Part shown: piece after piece, positions 23,713-32,873 of the stretch
Position numbering within the stretch: position 1 is the stretch's first letter
Layout of the letters: each line of letters opens with the position of its first letter
Assembly (NCBI GenBank): GCA_963974445.1
Contig: CAXBDI010000002.1
Coordinates: 5,003-69,002, forward strand
Length of the DNA stretch: 64,000 nt
Direction of reading: 5' to 3'
DNA from: an uncultured Alphaproteobacteria bacterium
GTDB taxonomy: Bacteria > Pseudomonadota > Alphaproteobacteria > Bin95
Notes under the pieces: model-generated
What the model saw: the letters and a program-made list of their open reading frames with translations, nothing else
Told to the model about the DNA's origin: nothing
Database searches by the model: none
Position numbers and translations under genes: made by a program

Positions 23713-23748
23713 TTGACATAATTGCGAACAGTTCTCATTACTGTTCGC
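23713..23748 (+). promoter_or_regulatory. Candidate sigma-70 promoter with an overlapping 9-bp perfect inverted-repeat operator
   Basis: TTGACA (23713-23718), a 17-nt spacer, then CATTAC. GCGAACAGT-N7-ACTGTTCGC (23724-23748) spans the spacer and the -10 element. It lies 35-60 nt upstream of the ATG at 23782. Confidence 0.4.
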
Positions 23749-23781
23749 GACAACCATCCCCCTCACTACGGAACCGCACGC

Positions 23782-24639
23782 ATGATCAAGCCAAAAGATA
23801 CGCCCCGTTTGGTGCGCCCTCGCGTCTGGACCGCTCTCGGCACCGTTGCTGCCGCCGGGCTTGCCGCCAGCACCCCTGTCGCCACCACTGCCGCCGAGGT
23901 TGGCGCCAGCGTCGCCCCGCCGTCCTTTGAATTGGCGCAGAACACTGGCGCCGGTAAAGGCACTGCCAGTCAGCTACGGCAGGGTGGTGAGGGCGAAGGT
24001 GCGGAAGTCGGTGGCGACGAGGCGGACTTTCTGGCCGCTATCGGTTTCATGGAAGGGCACTTGCGCGCCGGTCTGAAACTCTATGAAACGGGCGACCTCG
24101 CGGCGGCCAAGACTCACATGGGCCACCCAATCAAGGAAAAATACAATGCCGTCGCGCCCAAGCTTGAAGAGCGGGGTTTCGGCGATCTCAAAGCAACAAT
24201 CGTGGCACTTGCGGACGCAGCCGAGGCGGAGCAATCGGTAGCAGAGATCCAATCTCTGTTTGCCGCGGTCAGCGCACGCATCGACGCGGTGCAGGCCGGC
24301 TCTCCGGGCGGTGCTGGCGCAGGTTTGTTGTCGCTTTCGCGGCTGACTCGCATCGCCGCGGCGGAATATGCAGACGGCACCAAAGGCGGCGAGATCTCGA
24401 ACCTGCATGAATACCAGGATTCCTGGGGCTTCCTGCGCACCGTAGAAGCGGAGGCCAAGACATACGCAGCGTCTACGGACGCGAGCATCGCGAAGGCCGG
24501 CCAGGCGATCCTGGAGCAGGTTCGTGGCCTAGACAGCGCCTTTGGCGATATTCAAGGCCAGGGCGACATGACCATGGACTCGACCCTATTGTATGCCGCA
24601 GCGGCGCGAATCGAGCTTGCCGCCCTTACGGTGAAGTAA
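23782..24639 (+). CDS. Exported, predominantly helical hypothetical protein
   Basis: The N-terminus MIKPKDTPRLVRPRVWTALGTVAAAGLAAS is signal-like. The rest is Ala/Glu/Leu-rich. It ends 9 nt before piuC, suggesting an operon. The ATG at 23782 was chosen over the track TTG at 23722. Confidence 0.55.
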   Translation: MIKPKDTPRLVRPRVWTALGTVAAAGLAASTPVATTAAEVGASVAPPSFELAQNTGAGKGTASQLRQGGEGEGAEVGGDEADFLAAIGFMEGHLRAGLKLYETGDLAAAKTHMGHPIKEKYNAVAPKLEERGFGDLKATIVALADAAEAEQSVAEIQSLFAAVSARIDAVQAGSPGGAGAGLLSLSRLTRIAAAEYADGTKGGEISNLHEYQDSWGFLRTVEAEAKTYAASTDASIAKAGQAILEQVRGLDSAFGDIQGQGDMTMDSTLLYAAAARIELAALTVK

Positions 24640-24648
24640 TCGGCGGCG

Positions 24649-25308
24649 ATGATTTTTGTCATCGACCGCGTCCTCGACCAACACGAGTTGGCGGCTGTGC
24701 AAGCGGCCGCCACCGCGCTTCCCTATGGCGATGGCCGAACCACATCGGGGCGGTTCGCACAGGCTGTCAAACGCAATGAACAAGCGGCGGATACGCCGGC
24801 GCGTGCCGCGATCTTGGCGAAGGTCAGGTCTGCCGTCGCCGCAAATCCAGTTGTTCAGGCCGCTGCCCAACCGCGAGCATTCGCCCGCCTCGCCATCTCG
24901 CGTTATACGCCCGGCATGGAATACGGCTTTCATGTCGATAACGCGATCATCGACAGCAACCGCACCGACCTCTCGTTCACCTTGTGCTTGTCGTCGGCAG
25001 CCGATTATCAGGGCGGCGAGTTGGTGATCGACGATCCCCTGGAACAGCGGGCGGTCCGGTTGGATGCCGGCCAGTTGGTGCTCTATCCGTCCAACACCCT
25101 TCACAGGGTCGCCCCGGTGACCGGCGGGACGCGGCTGGCTGTGGTCGGCTGGATCACCAGTTGGGTAGCCGATCCTGGCCGCCGGACGGTCCTCTACGAT
25201 CTGGCTGTGGCGGCTCGTGCGATGCATGCCGTCGCCGGGGATAGCCCAGGCTTCTTGAGCTTGCAGAAAGCTCAGAGCAACCTGCTGCGGATGTGGGCCG
25301 GCGAATGA
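24649..25308 (+). CDS. piuC: Fe(II)/2-oxoglutarate-dependent PKHD-type hydroxylase (PiuC/YbiX family)
   Basis: Contains ..YTPGMEYGFHVDNAI....RTDLSFTLCLSSAADYQGGELVI..LDAGQLVLYPSNTLHRVAPVTGGTRLAVVGWI, which carries the HxD...H facial triad and family-typical blocks. Confidence 0.85.
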   Translation: MIFVIDRVLDQHELAAVQAAATALPYGDGRTTSGRFAQAVKRNEQAADTPARAAILAKVRSAVAANPVVQAAAQPRAFARLAISRYTPGMEYGFHVDNAIIDSNRTDLSFTLCLSSAADYQGGELVIDDPLEQRAVRLDAGQLVLYPSNTLHRVAPVTGGTRLAVVGWITSWVADPGRRTVLYDLAVAARAMHAVAGDSPGFLSLQKAQSNLLRMWAGE

Positions 25309-25423
25309 GTTGCCGGTGATCGGGCTGTTGCCCAGACCCGCCCAAGGAAATCGCTTCGCACTCGCACACGTCGGACTGTAAGCTACGCGCTCGCCCTACA
25401 GCCTCGCCAAGAGAAAGCCCTAT

Positions 25424-26167
25424 ATGCCCCGCCTGCAACTCTCGACCTGGCAGGAGGTCGATGCGTATCTCGGCCAACGCCGCGACATCATCATGCCCAT
25501 CGGCTCGACCGAGCAGCATGGCCCGAACGGCCTGATCGGCACCGATGCAATTTGCCCGGAGGTGATCGCCGATGGTGTTGCCGAAAAGTCTGGCGTTATG
25601 GTTGGGCCGACGCTCTCCATCGGCATGGCCCAGCACCATATGGCCTTCCCCGGCACCATCACCTATCGCCCGGTCGTGCTGATCGAAACGCTGAAGGACG
25701 TGGTCGCCTCCCTCACCAAGCACGGGTTCGAGCGCATCTATTTCCTGAACGGTCACGGCGGTAATATTGCGACGATCACCGCAGCATTCAGTGAGATTTA
25801 CACGGAATGCAGTTTAAAGGGATCGAACCGCCCATTCCGGCTGAAGCTTCAGAGTTGGTTCATGGGCTCGCGCTTCCGCAAGCTCAGCAAGGAGTTGTAC
25901 GGCGACAGCGAGGGCAGCCACGCAACGCCATCGGAGGTCTCGCTCAGCTACTATGCCTATCCGGACTTCGTGAAGACGGCGGAGATGTCGCCGAAAATTG
26001 CACCGAAAGGCCCGATCCGCGACGCCGTCGACTACCGCAACCGCTTCCCAGATGGCCGCATCGGCTCCGACCCCTCGCTCTCGACGGTGGAGCATGGCGG
26101 GCGTATTTTCAAAGCTTCGGTCGAAGACGTGACCGAAGACCTGAAAGCGTTTGTGGACGAGGCCTGA
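25424..26167 (+). CDS. Creatininase-family amidohydrolase
   Basis: Contains IIMPIGSTEQHGPNGLIGTD..HMAFPGTIT..ERIYFLNGHGGN. Confidence 0.85.
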   Translation: MPRLQLSTWQEVDAYLGQRRDIIMPIGSTEQHGPNGLIGTDAICPEVIADGVAEKSGVMVGPTLSIGMAQHHMAFPGTITYRPVVLIETLKDVVASLTKHGFERIYFLNGHGGNIATITAAFSEIYTECSLKGSNRPFRLKLQSWFMGSRFRKLSKELYGDSEGSHATPSEVSLSYYAYPDFVKTAEMSPKIAPKGPIRDAVDYRNRFPDGRIGSDPSLSTVEHGGRIFKASVEDVTEDLKAFVDEA

Positions 26168-26174
26168 TCATCCA

Positions 26175-27074
26175 ATGACGATGCGAGTGTTGCGCGAGCC
26201 GCGCATGGACCACGGAATTCCGCCGATGCCGGAGGCCGCAGCCGCCATCGGCGCGGTGGAGGCCGACGCGGAAATCCTCAAGACTCCCTCAGGCGAAGGC
26301 CATCAGATCTGGCGGGTGTGGGAGTTGGGCAGCGGCAAGCCGAACCTGGTATTTTTCCACGGCGGCTATGGCTCGTGGATCCACTGGATTCGCAATATCC
26401 CGTTCTTCCGCCAGCATTTCACCGTCTACGCCGCCGATTCGCCGGGCCAGGGCGACAGCGACCCGCCGCCGGACGTACAGAATGCGGACAAGATCGGCCG
26501 GGTGATCGCCGACGGCTTGCAGCAGCTCTTCCCCCGAGCCGAAGACCGCTTCGATCTGGTCGGCTTCTCCTTCGGCGCCATCCTCGGTGGCCACGCGGCG
26601 CAATATCTGGATCAGCGGCTGCGCAGTTTTACCCTGGTCGGCGCCGGCGGCATGGGCCTCACCCGGGCGGAGGGCATGCCGATGGCCCGCTTCCGCCGCG
26701 ATATGAGCCATGATGAGTTCAAGGACCTCGCCCGCAACAATCTCGGCATTCTGATGCTGTGCGACCGGCAGAAGATCGATGACGTCGCGATCCTGATGCA
26801 GATGCTGAACACCACCCGCGCCGTCACCAAAAGCCGCAATATCAGCCGCGACGCCAGCCTTGCCCGCGTTCTGCCGCTTTGCCCGTGCCGCATCTCCGGC
26901 ATCTGGGGAGAGTTGGACTCGACAACCTACCCCTTCGTCCACGAGCGGCGGGAATTGATGCGCCGGGTTCAGCCGGACTGCCGGTTCGAAACGATCCCCG
27001 ATGCCGGCCATTGGGCCATGTACGAACAACCGGAGGCGTTCAACCAAACGTTGCTGGCCCAGCTACGCCCGTAA
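26175..27074 (+). CDS. Alpha/beta-fold hydrolase
   Basis: Contains LVFFHGGYGSWIHW..DSPGQGDSD..LVGFSFGAILG (nucleophile elbow) and ..IPDAGHWAMYEQPEAF. The start is uncertain, between 26151 and 26207. Confidence 0.8.
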   Translation: MTMRVLREPRMDHGIPPMPEAAAAIGAVEADAEILKTPSGEGHQIWRVWELGSGKPNLVFFHGGYGSWIHWIRNIPFFRQHFTVYAADSPGQGDSDPPPDVQNADKIGRVIADGLQQLFPRAEDRFDLVGFSFGAILGGHAAQYLDQRLRSFTLVGAGGMGLTRAEGMPMARFRRDMSHDEFKDLARNNLGILMLCDRQKIDDVAILMQMLNTTRAVTKSRNISRDASLARVLPLCPCRISGIWGELDSTTYPFVHERRELMRRVQPDCRFETIPDAGHWAMYEQPEAFNQTLLAQLRP

Positions 27075-27277
27075 CGCAGAGCGGTAAGCCGGGTCTTTCG
27101 GACAATCCGGCCAAAAATGCCACCACGGCTAACGATCCGTTTAATTGCGTTGATTATGATGATGCCCTAGGATCGATCTTGCGGTCCGGAACGAGTTGGC
27201 CGCCGACAAGCATTCTGAGTGTAGCGGCGCTAGAAAGGGGGAGCTATGCCCTTTGCGTCAACCTCAAGGTGTATTTG

Positions 27278-27865
27278 ATGACGGGCGTGCGCGACCAGAG
27301 AAACTTGGCAGGGGTCATGGTCAGTGATAGCGGTTCAGTGCCGGAAGGCACCTCGGTCGATCAGGCCCCGGCGGGCGACGGCTCGACGGTCGCGATGGCG
27401 CGCGATGTCGATCACGAACTGGAGGAGCGGCTGTCCTTCATTTATGCGCTATGGAAGTCAAAGCGGAACGGCAAGGAACTGCCATCCCGCCAGGATCTCG
27501 ACCCGGCGGAATTCCATCGGCTGTGGCCGGTTGCCTTTCTGCTGGAGTGGGATGCCGCGACCTCCGATTGGTGTGTGCGCTTTGCCGGGTCGGCTTATGG
27601 TTCGGTATACGGTCGGGAAATCACCGGTTCGCGCATCAATGATATCGTACCCGAATCCTTAGCCCCGCAGGTCCGCGAAGACCTGCGCCGCTGCGTGGAC
27701 GTGCGCGAGCCGATTGTCATCGACGGCGAAACCACCTGGCCAGACCGCGGCAACGTCTACCGCTATCAGCGCGTACTGCTGCCGTATGGACGGGATGACG
27801 GCGAGGTCACGCATTTGTTGGGCGTCGCAGCCTTCTACAACTCCTCCGGCGCCACGGTTTTTTAG
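27278..27865 (+). CDS. PAS_5 (DUF1457-like) PAS-domain protein
   Basis: Contains ..YALWKSKRNGKELPSRQDLDPAEFHRLWPVAFLLEWD...RFAGSAYGSVYGREITG..YQRVLLPYG. The upstream part of the track ORF (26879-27277) overlaps the hydrolase and low-GC non-coding DNA. Confidence 0.65.
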   Translation: MTGVRDQRNLAGVMVSDSGSVPEGTSVDQAPAGDGSTVAMARDVDHELEERLSFIYALWKSKRNGKELPSRQDLDPAEFHRLWPVAFLLEWDAATSDWCVRFAGSAYGSVYGREITGSRINDIVPESLAPQVREDLRRCVDVREPIVIDGETTWPDRGNVYRYQRVLLPYGRDDGEVTHLLGVAAFYNSSGATVF

Positions 27866-27993
27866 CGCGGCGCCCGGGCCGTGCCGAGGCGGCGGGGCTC
27901 ACCCGCAATCCGAATATGGACATAACCGCGCGGGCCGCGGATGATTGGCCGTGACGCCGATACGGCGGATGACGGAAAGCGAGGGAACGGTCG

Positions 27994-28392
27994 ATGGCGA
28001 ACTCCGAATGGTATGACAAGGGCGTTCAGATGCGCCGCACGCTGTATGGCGAAGCCGCGGTCGAGCGCTCCAATGCCGCGAATTACGACGACCCGATCAT
28101 GCAAAAGTTCATCGCCTACGCGCAGGAGGCGGTGTTCGGCGGTTTATGGACACGGCCCGGTCTCGATCTGAAGACCCGGGCGATGATCTGTGTGGTGTCC
28201 GATACCGTGATGGGCCGAGAGGATGAGTTGGCGATTCACCTGCGCTTTGCCCTCCGCCAAGGCTGGACGGAGGAGGAGTTGACCGAGGCGATCCTGCATC
28301 TGGCCGGCTATATCGGCCTGCCGCTGGTACGCGGCGGCCTGCTGAAAGCGCGGGAGGTGTTCGCCCAGATCAAGGCGGAGGGCGGCGCCTGA
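27994..28392 (+). CDS. Carboxymuconolactone decarboxylase (AhpD-like) family protein
   Basis: Contains FGGLWTRPGLDLKTRAMICVVSDTVMGREDELAIHLRFALRQGWTEEELTEAILHLAGYIGLP. Confidence 0.85.
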   Translation: MANSEWYDKGVQMRRTLYGEAAVERSNAANYDDPIMQKFIAYAQEAVFGGLWTRPGLDLKTRAMICVVSDTVMGREDELAIHLRFALRQGWTEEELTEAILHLAGYIGLPLVRGGLLKAREVFAQIKAEGGA

Positions 28393-28410
28393 TATCTCTG
28401 CGCCGCCGCT

Positions 28411-29076
28411 TCATTGAGCGGCGGCCACAACAGGTTCCGTTTGCGGCAGGCATATGTCCACCGCAACGCGGTTGTCGCCGAATGACCACTCAGCCGTGGC
28501 CGCCGCGTCGCGAATTTGGATGTGTGCGAGGTGCGCCAGGATCACCCGGCTGTCAAGTTCGCCGGGCGGCACCTTGCCCTGCACGGTCGACGCGATCCGC
28601 GGGTTCAAGGCCGCATTCCGGCCCTCCCCGGCGATCGCTGCCCTGATCGCGTGGTCGCCTGCCGACAGGTGTACCGAAAGCGTGCCGCCGCGCGGCATGG
28701 CTTCGGCAATCAGCAACATCAGGTTCAACACCAGCTTGCCGCCGCGCCCCTGAATATCTTCGACCGTCGCGTCCGCCCGCCAATGCAGGTCAACCTTGCT
28801 GTCGGTCATCATGCCGCGGGCCAATTGACCGAGTTCGGTCGTGCCCCAGCCGCCGCGGCCGCCGGCATAACCAAATGCGACACGGAAGAACTCCAGCCGC
28901 CGCCAGGCAGTCCTGGCGCTGGCATCGGTCATGTCGATGATATCGTCGCCCTGGCCATTGCCCAGTTCGCGGAGCAATTCGATGCCATTGGCCGCCGCCC
29001 CCACCGGCCCGACCATATCGTGGCAGAGGCGCGAACAGACCAATTCAAGAATCGACAACTCGACCTGGGTCGCCAT
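28411..29076 (-). CDS. chpT: Histidine phosphotransferase ChpT-like protein
   Basis: LSILELVCSRLCHDMVGPVGAAANGIELL carries the phospho-His helix. The rest is a degenerate HK-like fold, ..GGKLVLNLMLLIAEAMPRGGTL. The ATG at 29076 was chosen. Confidence 0.75.
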   Translation of the reverse strand: MATQVELSILELVCSRLCHDMVGPVGAAANGIELLRELGNGQGDDIIDMTDASARTAWRRLEFFRVAFGYAGGRGGWGTTELGQLARGMMTDSKVDLHWRADATVEDIQGRGGKLVLNLMLLIAEAMPRGGTLSVHLSAGDHAIRAAIAGEGRNAALNPRIASTVQGKVPPGELDSRVILAHLAHIQIRDAAATAEWSFGDNRVAVDICLPQTEPVVAAAQ

Positions 29077-29162
29077 GTTACTACTCAACTCCTGAATCCA
29101 GACACTCGCTTCGCGTCCCCATCCAGTATGGCGAAACCGATCTGTACCATGCAACCTGTAGC

Positions 29163-29177
29163 TTAAAGCATCGTTAA
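29163..29177. promoter_or_regulatory. Perfect CtrA-box (TTAA-N7-TTAA) upstream of chpT
   Basis: TTAA-AGCATCG-TTAA lies 87-101 nt upstream of the chpT ATG and overlaps the mobA stop codon. At about 65% GC, roughly 0.06 such sites are expected by chance in 64 kb. Confidence 0.45.
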
Positions 29178-29792
29178 TCTACGCTCCAGAGTCTTGATAT
29201 CGCCCGTAGAGTTGATATTGGTAAATGCAATCGCGTCCTTGAACGGCACCGCGGTGTAGCCGGCAGCCCGAACCGCGGCCTCCACCCGCCGCAAGCCGCC
29301 GCCAATCGCGCCGGTCAGGTCGAGGGCAGCGTCCATGGGCCAGCGCGCAACGGCCCACTGCATACGGCTATCGGTTTCGGCAACCGCAATCCTATTTTGA
29401 TCTGCTGCGGCCATCCGCACCACCAGGTCCGACGGTGGACACGGCACGTCCACCGGCACGGTGAGAAGGAAGCGGACATCGGGCCAGCGCTCGGCGCAAA
29501 ACTCCGCCGCCGAGGCAATCCCGCCCAAGGGCCCCGCGTCCGGCATCGCATCGGCGACCACCGGCAGGCCATACGCCGCAAACCGGCCAGGCTCGCCGTT
29601 CGCACTGAGGACGATGCGGGTCGCCTGCGGCCGCAACCGCTGCAAGCTCCAGTCGAGCAAGGGCCGGCCGGCGACGTGCACCAGCGCCTTGTCCGCCCCG
29701 CCCATCCGCCTGCCGTGGCCGCCCGCCAGGATCGCTACTGCAATAGTCTGTTGCACTCGCCGTCTCCGCCAACCATCTGGTAAAGTCGGCAT
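29163..29792 (-). CDS. mobA: Molybdenum cofactor guanylyltransferase
   Basis: Contains AILAGGHGRRMGGADKALVHVAGRPLLDW..DAGPLGGI. It is divergent from moaA. Confidence 0.85.
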   Translation of the reverse strand: MPTLPDGWRRRRVQQTIAVAILAGGHGRRMGGADKALVHVAGRPLLDWSLQRLRPQATRIVLSANGEPGRFAAYGLPVVADAMPDAGPLGGIASAAEFCAERWPDVRFLLTVPVDVPCPPSDLVVRMAAADQNRIAVAETDSRMQWAVARWPMDAALDLTGAIGGGLRRVEAAVRAAGYTAVPFKDAIAFTNINSTGDIKTLERRLTML

Positions 29793-29869
29793 ACAATCTT
29801 TAAACTATAGTGTCGACGGACGGGTGAGCGAGCGTGGCTCGCGTGCCGCCCGCACCAGACACGTAACTT

Positions 29870-30952
29870 ATGGGCGCAAGCAACATGGCCGCGACCACCG
29901 ACCACAAACATAGCATCACCGGCGCTCCCGCTACAGGTCTTGAGACGCCGGCGACGGAGCCGATGATCGACCCGTTCGGCCGGTCCATCACCTACCTGCG
30001 CGTTTCGGTCACTGACCGATGCGACTTCCGCTGCGTCTATTGCATGGCGGAGGATATGACCTTTCTGCCGAAGAAAGACATCCTCAGCCTCGACGAACTC
30101 GATCGCGTCTGCAGCGCATTCGTGCATATGGGTGTGCGCAAGCTGCGGCTGACCGGCGGCGAGCCGCTGGTGCGGCGCGGCATCATGAACCTGATCAACG
30201 GACTGGGCCGGCACCTTGAGTCCGGCCTGCTCGATGAGTTGACGCTGACCACTAACGGCAGTCAGTTGGAACGCTTCGCCGACCAGCTTTATGCCGCTGG
30301 CGTGCGCCGCATCAACGTCTCGCTCGATACGCTGGACCCCGACACGTTCAAGATGCTGACCCGCTGGGGCCGGCTGGATCAGGTATTGCGCGGCATTCAG
30401 GCGGCCAAGGATGCCGGCCTGAAAATCAAGATCAACGCCGTCGCGCTCAAAGGCATCAACGATGTCGAACTCGACCGGCTGATCGGGTGGTGCGGCGATG
30501 AGGGCTTCGACCTGACCCTGATCGAGGTGATGCCGATGGGCGATATCGGTGAGCAGCGGGTCGATCAATACTGGCCGCTGTCGATGGTGCGCGCCGACCT
30601 GGCCCAGCGCTGGACCCTGGAGGAAAGCGACCACAAAACCGGCGGCCCGGCCCGCTATTTCGACGTGAAGGAGACCGGCGGCCGCCTTGGCTTCATCACG
30701 CCGATGACCCACAATTTCTGCGAAAGCTGCAACCGGGTGCGCCTGACCTGCACCGGCATGCTGTATCTCTGCCTCGGCCAGAACGACAGCGCCGACTTGA
30801 AAGAGGCGGTCCGCGTTGCCGAAAGCGATGCGCCGCTGGAAGATGCGATCCGCGCTGCCATCGCGCTGAAGCCGAAAGGCCACGACTTCATCATCGACCG
30901 CCGGCGCCGCGCCGTGGCGGTACCTCGCCATATGTCGACGACCGGCGGCTGA
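29870..30952 (+). CDS. moaA: GTP 3',8-cyclase (radical SAM)
   Basis: Contains [29 protein letters not shown] and the C-terminal cluster motif [14 protein letters not shown]. Confidence 0.95.
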   Translation: MGASNMAATTDHKHSITGAPATGLETPATEPMIDPFGRSITYLRVSVTDRCDFRCVYCMAEDMTFLPKKDILSLDELDRVCSAFVHMGVRKLRLTGGEPLVRRGIMNLINGLGRHLESGLLDELTLTTNGSQLERFADQLYAAGVRRINVSLDTLDPDTFKMLTRWGRLDQVLRGIQAAKDAGLKIKINAVALKGINDVELDRLIGWCGDEGFDLTLIEVMPMGDIGEQRVDQYWPLSMVRADLAQRWTLEESDHKTGGPARYFDVKETGGRLGFITPMTHNFCESCNRVRLTCTGMLYLCLGQNDSADLKEAVRVAESDAPLEDAIRAAIALKPKGHDFIIDRRRRAVAVPRHMSTTGG

Positions 30953-30960
30953 CGCGAGCG

Positions 30961-31740
30961 ATGAACGCGCCGCTGCTCGCGCCTTCGATCGCGTTCGTCG
31001 CCTCGCCGGCCGACCCGGCGCAACATGCATTGGCGGAGTTGCAGCGCCATTATGATTCCGTGCCGCCGCAGCGGGCCGATGTGATCGTGGCGCTCGGCGG
31101 CGACGGGTTTCTGCTGGAAACGCTGCACCGCTATATCGGTCGCGGTGTGCCTATTTTCGGGATGCATCGGGGCACTGTCGGCTTCCTGATGAATGCCTTC
31201 GAGCCGGACCACCTGCGCGAACGGATCGCCAATGCCACCGCGGTCGAGTTGACGCCGCTGAAGATGCGCGTCGAGACCACCGACGGACGCCGGTTGGAGG
31301 CGCGGGCGATCAACGAAGTCTCGTTACTGCGCGAAACCCGGCAGACAGCCCATCTCTCCATCGAGATCGACGGCGTCGTCCGCATCGAGGAGTTGATGTG
31401 CGACGGCGTGATCGTCGCGACGCCGGCCGGCTCCACCGCCTACAACCTCTCAGCGCACGGCCCGGTGGTGCCGCTGTCGGCGCAGGTGCTCTGCCTGACG
31501 CCGATCAGCGCCTTCCGGCCGCGGCGCTGGCGCGGCGCCATCCTGCCGCGCAATGCCCTGGTGCGCTTCGACATTCGCGATCCGGAGAAACGTCCGGTCA
31601 GCGCCGTCGCCGACTTTACCGAAGTGCGCGACGTCCGCTGGGTCGAGGTCGAGGAGGACACCGGCGTATCCTTCACCCTGCTGTTCGATCCGGAACACGA
31701 TCTGGAAGAGCGGGTGCTGAAGGAACAGTTCGTCTCGTGA
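30961..31740 (+). CDS. nadK: NAD kinase
   Basis: Contains [46 protein letters not shown]. Confidence 0.92.
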   Translation: MNAPLLAPSIAFVASPADPAQHALAELQRHYDSVPPQRADVIVALGGDGFLLETLHRYIGRGVPIFGMHRGTVGFLMNAFEPDHLRERIANATAVELTPLKMRVETTDGRRLEARAINEVSLLRETRQTAHLSIEIDGVVRIEELMCDGVIVATPAGSTAYNLSAHGPVVPLSAQVLCLTPISAFRPRRWRGAILPRNALVRFDIRDPEKRPVSAVADFTEVRDVRWVEVEEDTGVSFTLLFDPEHDLEERVLKEQFVS

Positions 31741-31832
31741 CCGCCGCACCGGGCGGGCCCGTCCCGCCTACGGCATCCGGCCCCTCCAAACTACCGAGCG
31801 CACCGGCATCGGCCCGCGGCAAAGCCGTGCTG

Positions 31833-32873
31833 ATGGCGCAAACGCTGGCCGTCGGCGGCACCGGCGGCGCGATTTTCGCTTATCTCGGCACACCGCTGCC
31901 GTGGATGCTGGGCGCGTTGTTCGCGACGATGATCGCGTCGATGAGCGGCATCCACCTCTACATCCATCAAATGTTTCGGCGGCTGTGGATCATCGTCCTG
32001 GGCGTCACTTTGGGCTCGTCGTTCACGCCGGAGGTGCTGGACAACCTGCATCTCTGGGTCGTCAGTTTCGCCGGAATGTGCGTCTTCGTCGTCTTCGGCA
32101 CCTGGCTCAGCTATCAGATTTTCGTCCGCCTCGGCCATATCGACCGGGTCACCGCGTTCTTCTGCGCCTCGCCCGGCGGTTTGGGGGAAATGATTATTCT
32201 TGGCCCGGCCCTCGGCGGCAATGAGCGCACCATCGTGCTGATCCATGCGACGCGCGTCATGCTGGTCATGGCGATCATACCGCCGGCCTACAGTCTGCTG
32301 GCCGGCTATGTACCGCCGGCCAATCTGGGTGGCAGCGGCTTTTTCTGGGAGTTGCAGGCGTCCGACCTGGGCTTAATGGCGGTGGCCGGCACCATCGGCG
32401 CGGCGGTGGCCAAGGTGTTGCGCATTCCTGCCTGGCAGATGATCGGCCCAATGCTCGCCAGCGCCGCAGTGCACGCCGGCGGCTGGACCGAGGCCCGCCC
32501 GCCCAGCGATTTCATCGCAATCGCGCAATTGGTCGTCGGCTCCGGCGCCGGTTCCCGCTTCAGCGGCATTCGCCTGCACGAGTTGGCGCGGCCGATGGCG
32601 ATCTCGGGCATGGCGACCGTCTGCCTGCTGCTGCTGGCCGCCGGGGCCGCGGTCACCGTGGCCGAGTGGACCGGCCTGGACTTCCGCGCCATCCACCTGG
32701 CCTACGCGCCCGGCGGCTTTGCCGAGATGAGCCTGATCGCGCTGACGCTCGGCATTGAAGTGCCCTTCGTCTCGCTGCACCATCTGGGCCGCATGATCAT
32801 CGTCGTCACCGGCGCTACCGCCGTCGCCAGTTGGGCGAAGCGGAAGAAGAAAATCACCGGAAGCGGCGTCTAG
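31833..32873 (+). CDS. AbrB-family (duplicated AbrB / 'putative ammonia monooxygenase') membrane protein
   Basis: About 346 aa of polytopic membrane protein with an internal duplication (..LPWMLGALFAT.. and ..IPAWQMIGPMLAS..). The track start at 31398 overlaps nadK out of frame and is rejected. Confidence 0.7.
   Translation: MAQTLAVGGTGGAIFAYLGTPLPWMLGALFATMIASMSGIHLYIHQMFRRLWIIVLGVTLGSSFTPEVLDNLHLWVVSFAGMCVFVVFGTWLSYQIFVRLGHIDRVTAFFCASPGGLGEMIILGPALGGNERTIVLIHATRVMLVMAIIPPAYSLLAGYVPPANLGGSGFFWELQASDLGLMAVAGTIGAAVAKVLRIPAWQMIGPMLASAAVHAGGWTEARPPSDFIAIAQLVVGSGAGSRFSGIRLHELARPMAISGMATVCLLLLAAGAAVTVAEWTGLDFRAIHLAYAPGGFAEMSLIALTLGIEVPFVSLHHLGRMIIVVTGATAVASWAKRKKKITGSGV

Noticed and set aside
23724-23748. 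Possible alphaproteobacterial LexA (SOS) box in the piuC-operon inverted repeat
   Set aside because: The GTTC repeats here are spaced N8 (GTTC-TCATTACT-GTTC) rather than the N7 of the GTTC-N7-GTTC motif, and the gene context is not DNA repair.
29793-29869. Molybdenum-cofactor riboswitch upstream of moaA
   Set aside because: The mobA-moaA divergent spacer is only 77 nt. That is too short for the roughly 130-nt Moco RNA motif plus promoters, and I could not see the conserved helices.
31398-31832. N-terminal 145 codons of the 491-aa track ORF for the AbrB-family membrane protein
   Set aside because: This part overlaps the nadK coding region out of frame and translates to Arg/Pro/Gly-rich sequence. 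The membrane protein plausibly begins at the ATG at 31833.
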